57,212 nucleotides of DNA from an uncultured virus (IMG/VR IMGVR_UViG_3300029939_000002) (lineage: Duplodnaviria > Heunggongvirae > Uroviricota > Caudoviricetes), in the IMG/VR virus record IMGVR_UViG_3300029939_000002. One strand, written 5' to 3'. Of the stretch, positions 20,600 through 29,110 are shown piece by piece (position 1 is the stretch's first letter; every line of letters begins with the position of its first letter). Position numbers and translations under genes: made by a program. The notes under the pieces are model-generated. The model was not told the DNA's origin. It made no database searches and saw only the letters and a program-made list of their open reading frames with translations.

Positions 20600-20767
20600 T
20601 TATTCATTATCTATTTTAATAGTATCTGAATCTTTCGATATATTAATTAAATGTTCATATGTATGAATGATCGTATTCTTGTGATTGATTGTACATCGCT
20701 GAATGAAAATAATAATACCAAATACAATAATAATAAAATATTCAACAATCAATCCAACCAACATTAG

Positions 20768-21292
20768 TTATCTCCTTTTTGGTCCATATTTAGCATTGAA
20801 TCTAGGATCTACAAGATTACCTAAACTATCATTCTTAGATTTTGGTTTACCCACACTAAGTGATTGAGTTTCAACTATCACATAAGTATTGTATGAAGAT
20901 AGAGAAGTAACAGTATACATTCCATTGAAAGTATCAGGTAGATTACTTATCATTTCGATAGGACGTACAATATCACCAACACAAAGTCCATGTCCTCCAC
21001 ACGTTATCATTATGCTATTATTTCTTTTAAAAGAAATAATAGTACTAATATTATCCAACATTTCTTTAGTATATGTAGTATAGCTCTTTAATATGTTTTG
21101 AGAAATTTTTCTATGCAATCTCGATATTATCTCTTCTTTGGTTAATTCAGGTGTTAAATATCTACATTCATCATATCTAGGATAATAAGGCTTTGGCCAA
21201 TCTATTGATGCTTCATAGGCATTATATTGATGAAAAATATTTCTAGCTTCAATGTCAACAATTGCTTTAGTATATCTTTCTAAATTTACCAT
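20768..21292 (-). CDS. Hypothetical protein with HGL..GD.V...NG.YTVT beta domain
   Basis: 174-aa ORF. Confidence 0.6.
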   Translation of the reverse strand: MVNLERYTKAIVDIEARNIFHQYNAYEASIDWPKPYYPRYDECRYLTPELTKEEIISRLHRKISQNILKSYTTYTKEMLDNISTIISFKRNNSIMITCGGHGLCVGDIVRPIEMISNLPDTFNGMYTVTSLSSYNTYVIVETQSLSVGKPKSKNDSLGNLVDPRFNAKYGPKRR

Positions 21293-21768
21293 CGTTTTAC
21301 CCTCCCAGGATCGTAATGATTCATCCTTTGCTTATCATTAGTTCTACCATTGTGTATGTTTGTAGAATTATCTGGTACTGTACATAACTCATCATCGGTA
21401 GGGTCAGTTTCATATTCAGTATGTATCGAATCAACATCTGATTTAAATATTATTTTATCAGAACCAAAAAGAGCTTCTATTTCATCAGTAAGTTCGCGGT
21501 CGTGTTGAAATACAGATAATTTATAACCTTGTTTTGTCACAATAGAAAGATAATCATTTTCTTTAACCATACTTGCTATTTCATAGCTACGCATATCTTT
21601 CTTCATATCTTTAAATAATACATTTAAAACATAATCCGTATTAATTTTTGTTACAAAGACTACCGGTTTGTTATATATAGCACGATCTATTGTTTCTAGA
21701 ATTTCTAATACAATATCGTTCATCTTAGGACCTCCGTTTTTTTTCATGAACATGTACAAATATCTCAA
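21286..21768 (-). CDS. Hypothetical protein (probable start MNDIVLE, GGAGG SD)
   Basis: ORF track and SD. Confidence 0.6.
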   Translation of the reverse strand: MRYLYMFMKKNGGPKMNDIVLEILETIDRAIYNKPVVFVTKINTDYVLNVLFKDMKKDMRSYEIASMVKENDYLSIVTKQGYKLSVFQHDRELTDEIEALFGSDKIIFKSDVDSIHTEYETDPTDDELCTVPDNSTNIHNGRTNDKQRMNHYDPGRVKRW

Positions 21769-21775
21769 TAATTTA

Positions 21776-22228
21776 CTATAAGGAAAACATATCTGTGTAT
21801 AAATTTCCCTGTATAATTTCTTTAGTATATCTTTCTAGGTCGAATGTATTATACCAATAAGGACCAGATGTGTATATATCTTTAATGACGCCAAAACTTA
21901 TCATTTTAGTATAAATATATGATAACAAATAACTATCAAGCATAACTGGACTATTACAAATATTAGAATATTCAGTAGTTACTGTAACACCGTCTATTAT
22001 ATCTTGTGAATTTTGTATATGTTTTTCATAAGAATAAATCGTTCTTTTAGTAACTATGATTCTATTCTCTGCATGACTATATTGCACAAACTTATACATT
22101 CCAAAATATTCACCTTCATCATTAAGAAATAATAATAGTGATTTTCCATTATTACTTGATTGAAAATTGAATAAATACCATAAAAGATCCCAACCATTCC
22201 CATCAAACTCATGAAGAGTATTATTCAT
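21776..22228 (-). CDS. Hypothetical protein
   Basis: 150-aa ORF. Confidence 0.6.
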   Translation of the reverse strand: MNNTLHEFDGNGWDLLWYLFNFQSSNNGKSLLLFLNDEGEYFGMYKFVQYSHAENRIIVTKRTIYSYEKHIQNSQDIIDGVTVTTEYSNICNSPVMLDSYLLSYIYTKMISFGVIKDIYTSGPYWYNTFDLERYTKEIIQGNLYTDMFSL

Positions 22229-22248
22229 TATAGAATTTTTCCTTTTTA

Positions 22249-23121
22249 TTATTGTGGTTCGGATTCACAAGCTTCGTCGGTAATCTCTTTGTTATCAATA
22301 TACTCTGATTTTGATACTAAAAGTTTAGGAATAGGTGGAAGATTTAATTGGTCCTTGTTTTCTTCATCGTATGTTTCTGTATCTAAAGATACTGCATGCA
22401 ATTTAAACATCTTTCTATTAAACCGTTCATCATAAGCTCTTTTAGTACGACATGGATGACAATCACCACATTCAATTATTTCATTATTTCTTTCATAAGG
22501 GAATTCGCAAGTCCACACCAAATGATATAAGTCTCTATCTTTTAAAGCATTAACAACTTGTTCTTTTGTACGCGCAGCCATCACATTACCATTAGGTCTA
22601 CATAAAGGGAACAAAAGGTTGGTCGTTTTTCCAAATGTTATATAAGTAAGATTTTCGAAAATATAGACGAGATAATCTAACATTCCAATAATACTATCTC
22701 CGGTGATATACCCGATATTTAAAGATGCGTGGTAAGGTTGTAATACATAGATACTTGTTATAATCCAACTCGGCGGTTGACAAAGACAGACATGATTGTT
22801 AAGAATACCTCCTCTAAAATCAAGCCCATCGTCGACAACAAACCATTTTATAACCTTACCAAATTTAATATCTTTTTTGTCTTTTTCGTTTTTTATTTCT
22901 TTTAGTGCATTTAAGATGTCTTTTATAGCTTGTTTTTCTCTTTTATATTTATTGACATCTTGGCCACAATAAATAGTCAAAATATCAATATTATTACCAC
23001 TTTCTAATTCTTCTAAGATCATATATGTTGAATCCAGACCACCACTCATTAAGAACAGTTTTCTATCTTCTTGGTGTGACTGATCGGTATTAAGATCTAT
23101 AGTCTCATATGTCGGATACAT
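22249..23121 (-). CDS. queC: QueC-like PP-loop ATPase (7-cyano-7-deazaguanine synthase family)
   Basis: LMSGGLDST PP-loop, Y.GQ...E, TK..V, WTCEFP...ECGDCHPC zinc site. Confidence 0.85.
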   Translation of the reverse strand: MYPTYETIDLNTDQSHQEDRKLFLMSGGLDSTYMILEELESGNNIDILTIYCGQDVNKYKREKQAIKDILNALKEIKNEKDKKDIKFGKVIKWFVVDDGLDFRGGILNNHVCLCQPPSWIITSIYVLQPYHASLNIGYITGDSIIGMLDYLVYIFENLTYITFGKTTNLLFPLCRPNGNVMAARTKEQVVNALKDRDLYHLVWTCEFPYERNNEIIECGDCHPCRTKRAYDERFNRKMFKLHAVSLDTETYDEENKDQLNLPPIPKLLVSKSEYIDNKEITDEACESEPQ

Positions 23122-23167
23122 TTCCTCTCCTTAAATGGTATGATAGATGGACATTAATGTCCATCTA

Positions 23168-23560
23168 TCACTTAAATTCAAAAATAAGATCTTTTTTATT
23201 ATTATAAACTTCTTGTATTTTATTATTAATTATATTAAAATGAAACTCTACAAATCTATCTGGATACCCAAACGCAGGATATAGAGTTAATAATCGGTTA
23301 TCAAAATCTATCCATTCGTCATTAGTAGAAAATTTTCCTGTATTAACCATGTCTATATATATTTGAGTAAAAATACTATGCGAAGATCTACCAATATCTC
23401 TTATTTTTAGATAACCCTCTCTGGAAAATTCATAGTGAATAAGATCGCATGATAGTTGTTTTGTCTGAAACGTAACAAAAGGTTCGTTTTTAAATCTGTG
23501 TGGAATAAATATATTAAATTTATTGTCAGTAGGTATATAAAAATTATCATACATCCCCAT
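23168..23560 (-). CDS. Hypothetical protein (MGMYD...FQTK type)
   Basis: 130-aa ORF. Confidence 0.7.
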   Translation of the reverse strand: MGMYDNFYIPTDNKFNIFIPHRFKNEPFVTFQTKQLSCDLIHYEFSREGYLKIRDIGRSSHSIFTQIYIDMVNTGKFSTNDEWIDFDNRLLTLYPAFGYPDRFVEFHFNIINNKIQEVYNNKKDLIFEFK

Positions 23561-24290
23561 TTGTATTTTCCTTATTAATACTGATATATTTAATTTCTAT
23601 ATTAAGTTTTCCAGGAACCTGAACTTTGCTTGGACCATAAACTACCTCAGCATCCAAGTCGTTTACTTCTCTTTTAAAAACTTGTAATACTGATTCATCA
23701 GAAGTAAAACTCAATTCTGTATCGACTTTATAGTTATTTTCTCCAAATAATTTTACCATTTTTCTATTTTCTAATCTAACAATTTTATCAAGAACTTCAG
23801 GATCTTTGGATATTGATAAATATGAATTTGTTTGTTCCGTTAAGCTTTCTGAATCAGTACTATATATACCAGATGATATTTTCGTACTATCTATCTGGGT
23901 AGATGTTATGACATTAATATTGAAGTCTTTAACAACTTTACTAAATCTATCATACATATCTTTATACATTTTAAGAGAATATGGATTATTATTACAAGAA
24001 GCACCATACAGGGAATTCCATCTAAGTTTTATCACATCATTAAAATAAATTACTGCCCTATTTATGTTTCTTGCTTTCATAATGAGACGTAAATAATAGC
24101 TATCAGATTTATAAGTATTATCGATATAGTCTTTTAATTTTATCTTTATTTTAATATTAACAACAATACAATCAGGTATAGCAGTGTTGATATATTGTTT
24201 AATTTTACGTATAGCATTTAATTTTCTAATATTATCTTTTTTATATCTAGCCAGCCTCTTTTTATTAGCAGATCGTATTTTCATAAGCAT
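23547..24290 (-). CDS. Hypothetical protein
   Basis: 247-aa ORF; promoter motif at 24326-24333. Confidence 0.65.
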   Translation of the reverse strand: MLMKIRSANKKRLARYKKDNIRKLNAIRKIKQYINTAIPDCIVVNIKIKIKLKDYIDNTYKSDSYYLRLIMKARNINRAVIYFNDVIKLRWNSLYGASCNNNPYSLKMYKDMYDRFSKVVKDFNINVITSTQIDSTKISSGIYSTDSESLTEQTNSYLSISKDPEVLDKIVRLENRKMVKLFGENNYKVDTELSFTSDESVLQVFKREVNDLDAEVVYGPSKVQVPGKLNIEIKYISINKENTNGDV

Positions 24291-24415
24291 TATCCTTTTG
24301 AGAAGCTATAGTGTGTTTCAATTAAATAATATATATTTTATAACTTTATGAAAAAAATAAAATAGAGAACAGGATGGTCCGTCGGACCATCCTGTTCGTC
24401 GTATCTTGCAGAAAA

Positions 24416-24491
24416 TGGCTGGGATAGTAGGACTCGAACCTACGACATGGTGGTTAACAGCCACCCGCTCTACCAACTGAGCTATATCCCA
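24416..24491 (-). tRNA. tRNA-Asn(GTT)
   Basis: Cloverleaf TGGGATA...CT-GTT-AA...GTTCGA...TATCCCA-G-CCA. Confidence 0.95.
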
Positions 24492-24496
24492 TCATT

Positions 24497-24573
24497 TGGT
24501 GCCCGCAGTAGGATTCGAACCCACGACCCCCGGATTACAAATCCGGTGCTCTACCAGCTAAAGCTATACGGGC
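24497..24573 (-). tRNA. tRNA-Thr(TGT)
   Basis: Cloverleaf, CCGGA-TTTGTAA-TCCGG anticodon arm, encoded CCA. Confidence 0.93.
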
Positions 24574-25007
24574 ACTAAATGAAATTATAAAATAAATAAA
24601 TTGCTTTTTTGTGACATATTATTATCATCTGTTTTTAATGTTAAGTTTTATACAAAAAACAAATGTGTGATAGTTTGTTAGACTATCACACACTCATTCT
24701 AATACATCTTCACTTTAAAGACTATTTACGTAATGCATCAGCCATGGTTCTATGCACATCAAATATTCTTTTTCTGCCAACATAATCATCATGTGCCGAA
24801 ACGGCATCTTTATAATGAACATATGTATATACCGTGCCTTTGTCACCATTGAGGAATAATACTCCATATTGTCCGTCTTCGTCTGGAGTATTATCAACAG
24901 AGACAGACTCTAAATTCGTAAGAGTGAGATGGGTTGCTGTGGATCATTTCCTTTTGGGATATATGTACTATCAAGATGTCCATATGCTTTGGTAATTTCA
25001 GATTTTA

Positions 25008-25313
25008 TTATTCGTCAACAACGATAGCAAGACGAAGGCCCATACTTTTCAAGATCCTAGAGATCGTAAGAAGTCTAGGAAGACGATTCTGTCGCAGAGC
25101 ATAATAAATGCCCTGCTTAGTAACATCAGAGTTACTAACGATTTTCTCGACGCCGATAAGTCTGATAGCATTTTGAAGTTCTTCAGGAAATATCGTATTG
25201 TGGTTTTGATCTTTTTTGAAGAGATCGTCCAGATGTTTAGCCATATCTTCACGATGAGATAGCTCATCGATAGGATGAGCAATAGATACCATTTGATAAT
25301 TCATGATAGTCAC
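25008..25313 (-). CDS. Addiction-module antidote-like HTH protein (HI1420-downstream type)
   Basis: G...I......KQGIYYAL.....P.L.TI..IL..MGLRL pattern; promoter motif at 25331-25338. Confidence 0.75.
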   Translation of the reverse strand: MTIMNYQMVSIAHPIDELSHREDMAKHLDDLFKKDQNHNTIFPEELQNAIRLIGVEKIVSNSDVTKQGIYYALRQNRLPRLLTISRILKSMGLRLAIVVDE

Positions 25314-25387
25314 TCCATATTTCTAAATAAGTAATATATATTTATTTTTTGTATAAAACTCAAAATGTATTAAAAAATAAATGAACT

Positions 25388-25424
25388 TGTCACATACATG
25401 GACATTACGTCCATGCATGTGACA
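25388..25424 (-). terminator. Intrinsic terminator closing the RNA island
   Basis: TGTCACATGCATGGAC-loop-GTCCATGTATGTGACA hairpin followed by a U-rich tract on the minus strand. Confidence 0.65.
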
Positions 25425-25858
25425 GCCCGATAACATCGACCTAAAAGTTAAGTGGAATTTAGAATGGTTTCATCGATCGCTTGGCGTCCGATGGCAAACA
25501 TAGTTCGCATCCCTGGTTACATCACCATAAGTTTTTTAACACACCAGGACTTTGGTAAGTCATTAATCTTATCTCGGTCGTCAGACTTACAATTTATCCC
25601 GAGACCAGCCCGTTTCACTGATTTCTAGCGACTATGGCCAAAATGCCGATCCGAAGATGGACACCCTCTAACCATTAATGCATTTGTATGCTTTTCCGAC
25701 AACACTGACACATACATGCCGGTGAGCAGTCCAGACTCAGTTAACGGAGCCAAAACTTTTAAAAGAACCGATACACTGTCCCCACTTTCATGGATCGGTG
25801 TGCATACTCAAATGCCTTACTCAGAAGGACCCGAAACTGAAGAAGATGTATGGCAGCT
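25425..25858 (-). ncRNA. Structured non-coding region including an H-type pseudoknot (25555-25605)
   Basis: No credible ORF; interleaved stems GTCTCGG/CCGAGAT and GTAAGTC/GACTTAC; further hairpins. Confidence 0.55.
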
Positions 25859-25903
25859 TAGCGATCCCAGTAGGACTCGAACCTACGACCTGCCGCTTAG
25901 AAG
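25859..25903 (-). pseudogene. 3' half of tRNA-Arg(TCT) (anticodon loop to acceptor; ends CTA)
   Basis: CTTCTAA-GCGGC-AGGTC-GTAGG-TTCGAGT-CCTAC-TGGGATC-G-CTA; no adjacent 5' half. Confidence 0.8.
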
Positions 25904-25919
25904 ATATATGGTATCTTAG

Positions 25920-25962
25920 TGGTCTCCAGGTCAGACTCAGACCGACTATCCCGGATTAGAAT
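25920..25962 (-). pseudogene. Second, degenerate 3' half of a TCT-anticodon tRNA
   Basis: TTCTAA-TCCGG-GATA-GTCGG-TCTGAGT-CTGAC-CTGGAGA-CCA. Confidence 0.55.
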
Positions 25963-25974
25963 ATTTTAAATGAT

Positions 25975-26054
25975 TGGCGCCGCAGGAGGGATTCGAACCC
26001 CCATGTGTCCAGTTACTCTTTCAATAGCTTAGAAGGCCAAGGAGATACTGCGGC
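25975..26054 (-). ncRNA. Non-canonical tRNA-Arg(TCT)-like RNA with no D-arm before the anticodon arm and a D-loop-like segment after it
   Basis: GCCGCAG/CTGCGGC acceptor, G-CCA end, canonical T-arm, TGGC-CTTCTAA-GCTA arm, then TAACTGGACA. Confidence 0.8.
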
Positions 26055-26066
26055 GAATTCAATGTA

Positions 26067-26074
26067 TTAATATA
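26067..26074 (-). promoter_or_regulatory. Early promoter variant (TATATTAA) immediately upstream of the tRNA-like RNA
   Basis: Same ATATATATT context as the other copies. Confidence 0.6.
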
Positions 26075-26131
26075 TATTTATCTTTGAAATAAAAAATAAG
26101 CAGCTGCCTGAAGAATTTAATATGTATAAAC

Positions 26132-27270
26132 TAAGGAGAACACCGAACATAGCAACATCGGGGGATTGTGTTGCGCGGAGGCCCATTCCGTGTTCGGTGT
26201 TCACCTTAATCTACACTAAAGAAACCGTAGTGGGAGACCTTTTCACGGATCTCCCACATAGCGGGTTGGCGGTGACAAAATCACTTCATGCCTTGCTTTC
26301 AGACACAGAACACTTATGGACACAGCAGTTGTGTGTATACGGAAATGATCCCAAGATAACTCTCATCGTATGTTCACCGCAGGATAGTCCCTGAGTGACT
26401 CCAGATGACTTAAGTTAGAGCCGGCGATCGTAGTCCTGGTATACCTTCCATGTTCTTCAGCCTGTTAGCAGATCGTTGACGAGTTACGCCCATATCCATA
26501 CATCGGCCGGACCGGTGCGGATTAAGACATATGCCAAAACATACGATCTAAAGCAGGAAAGTTGTCCGTTCGAGACGGACCGATATTCTCTCGATACACT
26601 GGGTGTCAATGCATGAAAGAACAACAGAGCCCAGTTAGGAGGCCATATCACACAGTCTCCAAACCCGGCTGTTCGCCACCGCTCATCATTCATCATTTTG
26701 GACCACATAGGACAACTCCTAGGCGTACTACGGTGATGAGGGATAGATGGTTAACCTTAAGCGGTAAACTGTTATGTCATTGAGTCATAACAGCTTTGTG
26801 ATAAACATTTCAACAAACGAGGGTTTTCTCCGAGAGAGTCAATAAAAATGTTCAGATAAGGACAATGTGGTTATTATAACCTGTGCGCATGCGAAGCATG
26901 GCATCAATTCCACTAGATCCTCGTAGCGCAATGGTTTCTTGGGGGCACATGGGTCTGGACACTGTTACCAGATATCCAGCATGATGGCTTTGTTCTCACC
27001 CATACTGTTGCTACCATCTTTTTGAAGGTGTAAATGTTCACCTAAGATGTCTGAACATGTTCATTAACTCTTTAGAGAGTACAACTTCATCGTTGGTGTT
27101 TTTTTTACTTATGCTACATGACATAGCTATCTCTGCCGAGGCATTGCACCTCAGATGTGGTCTTAGAAGTTCAATCTATGAAGAACGAACCTGCATGATC
27201 TGGTCATGCTTATATCTCCTGAGGTTACCTATTACAGTACGGAGAGATCTGAACTTCCAACTAGACCGTT
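26132..27270 (-). ncRNA. Series of structured RNA domains (unknown ncRNAs)
   Basis: GC-elevated, no credible ORF; long-range closing helices at 26132-26208, 26365-26547, 26848-27058 and 27159-27267. Confidence 0.6.
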
Positions 27271-27282
27271 ATGGAAAAAGGT

Positions 27283-27358
27283 TGGTGGACGCGGTAGGAT
27301 TCGAACCTACGACCAGACCGTTATGAGCGGTCGGCACTAACCGCTGTGCTACGCGTCC
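27283..27358 (-). tRNA. tRNA with CAT anticodon, probably Ile2 (lysidine) rather than Met
   Basis: GACCG-CTCATAA-CGGTC arm; paired G1-C72, no initiator GGG/CCC. Confidence 0.9.
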
Positions 27359-27431
27359 ATTTCCTTTATAACATGAGTTTATCAATATCTAAAAGAAGAC
27401 ATAGATAAGCTCGTCTCTTGTTTTAAAAAAA

Positions 27432-27507
27432 TGGTGAGCATGATGGGGCTCGAACCCATGACATCTCGATTAAAAGTCGAGTACTCTACCAACTGAGTTA
27501 CGTGCTC
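27432..27507 (-). tRNA. tRNA-Lys(TTT)
   Basis: CTCGA-CTTTTAA-TCGAG anticodon arm, encoded CCA. Confidence 0.95.
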
Positions 27508-27566
27508 ATTGTATGTCATCGAAAATTGTTGGTGGAGGGGTGTAAGTTATAACTTACACCCCCTCA

Positions 27567-27655
27567 TGGTGCGCGTAGTGGGGATCGAACCCACGGTGTT
27601 TCTTATGTGTCAGATTTTAAGTCTGATGCGTTTCAGCCAGCTTCGCCATACGCGC
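27567..27655 (-). tRNA. tRNA-Leu(TAA)
   Basis: TCAGA-CTTAAAA-TCTGA arm, long variable arm, encoded CCA. Confidence 0.93.
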
Positions 27656-27659
27656 TTGC

Positions 27660-29100
27660 AGATGCTCTGGATTCCACAGAGCTCATCGTGTGGGGTACGA
27701 CTCCTATCAGATGTGTATATCTGCCGATCTCATAATGCAAATGCTATTAACATCCATGGGGGCATTACATCCGATAGTATGATGTTGATCAGATCATCGG
27801 ATCTGACTTTTCCGACATCACATAGTTTACAGGACAAATTAGTTACCTGCTCTACGATACCAATCTTGAGCAAGTCCTCTGATCTGGAGGGTTCGTGGAG
27901 AACGACATATCTGCCAGAAGATGCCCGAAATAAATCGCGCATAGCCAACTGCACAAAATGCTAGTCAGCAAGCTGGGTCTCAGTCTAACGGTATCGCCAC
28001 TTAAGAGGTTTCGCGAGATGTGTCTGGTGGATCAGATGGCATTTTTTCAGCCCAAACCCACCAGACACATGCTCACTTGTAGATTTAGAGACACGGTCTC
28101 AACTGTATATCTACCAGAGTTAGTGCGATACCAGATTGCGGGATACATGACCCTTATCCAGACAACACACAGTTATTACGTTCGTCGTGGTATTAACAAT
28201 GTAAAGAACAAACACACAATGGATCACATATGGATCACTGTCGTGTATAAGTCATAGATAATCACAGTTCCCTTCTTGGGAATCGTATGATCATCTCATT
28301 GCACACCGCCACATCATCGATCATCTATAGCTGATCTCAACGGCGTGTTTACCACAACAAACATCTTCGATATGCCAGCATCTACAGCAACGATAAAACG
28401 TCGCATAATATCAGCGCCAGCACACCTGGTCAGTACTTTGTCCTGCCTGTTAGACCATCGTCGTAACTAGGTTTCGATCTATGGCTATAGATCATCTTCA
28501 GTAACTTGGACAAAGAAAGAAAACTCATGAAAACAAAGCGTGCTCATGTGGGAATATTCCGGTATTCCATATTGGTATCTTCTACGGCGTCATCCCCTCC
28601 AAGGACCAGGACACGGCATTGACAACAACTCCACACGAGAACTCTCAAGTCAACCGACGCAACAAGGTGTTTAGGTCCGTTAATTCCATGCACCTTGACC
28701 AGAATGTTGTATTTCTACAAGTCGACTTGATATTTGCTATACATCTGCATTATCAGGACTTTTAAAACATGCTTCGAAAACTGATAGTCGCCGGATTGCA
28801 TGTTAGTGGCAGATGTTACGGTGTTGTGCTAGCACACTGACCTGCATGTGGTTAGCCGTCCTGACGCGAAGGGCGCGGATGTTACCTTCGTCACAACACT
28901 ATCTTAATTATACTCTCAACATATACCCAGGTTTAGATGATTTTCATCACCTTGGTCGAGAGCCCACAGTTGACTAATACACTAAAATGAGAAAGGACAC
29001 TCATTTTCCTGGAGAACGGATCACAGCGGGGCGGTGCGGATCAGAGCAGAAGGTTGCTACACTGTGAAATTCAACTGTAGTTTAACTTTTTATGATCAGG
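27660..29100 (-). ncRNA. About 1.4 kb of structured non-coding sequence between an early promoter and tRNA-Leu
   Basis: No credible ORF; many helices, e.g. 13-bp ATGTGTCTGGTGG/CCACCAGACACAT nested inside GGTATCGC/GCGATACC (27990-28132). Confidence 0.6.
28436..28515 (-). ncRNA. Type I hammerhead ribozyme
   Basis: CUGAAGA core, stem II GAUCUAU-AGCC-AUAGAUC, GAAA, short imperfect stem III, GUC cleavage triplet, stem I CUUUGUCC-AA-GUUA/UAAC-AGGCA-GGACAAAG. Confidence 0.85.
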
Positions 29101-29110
29101 TTCCAATAAA

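Noticed and set aside
24715..25000. ORF 24715-24897 and a protein-like alternative frame (LTNLESVSVDNTPDEDG...)
   Set aside because: No clear start or SD; probably a decayed gene remnant. The 55900-56130 region looks similar.
25470..25520. Resemblance to the c-di-GMP-I riboswitch (GCGAAC...GGACGC)
   Set aside because: Lacks the GNRA tetraloop and receptor, and no downstream gene is controlled.
25555..25605. HDV-like/theta ribozyme or hammerhead reading of the pseudoknot
   Set aside because: Only 6 nt where P3/L3 should be, no GG for P1.1 and no catalytic C; CUGACGA has no properly placed GAAA.
26420..26480. CUGAAGA hammerhead-like core (also CUGAUGA near 18935)
   Set aside because: No GAAA or stem III follows.
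25859..27290. Group I intron splitting tRNA-Arg
   Set aside because: No 5' exon and no recognisable P7/catalytic core were found.
25716..28257. Short ORFs in the RNA island (e.g. 26122-26394, 27509-27964, 27958-28257)
   Set aside because: They overlap tRNAs or run antisense to the transcription direction, have atypical composition, and lack convincing SDs.
25400..29100. RNase P, tmRNA, SRP RNA or CRISPR array
   Set aside because: Signature sequences (GAGGAAAGUCC, tmRNA termini, SRP GGAA domain) and regularly spaced direct repeats were not seen by eye.
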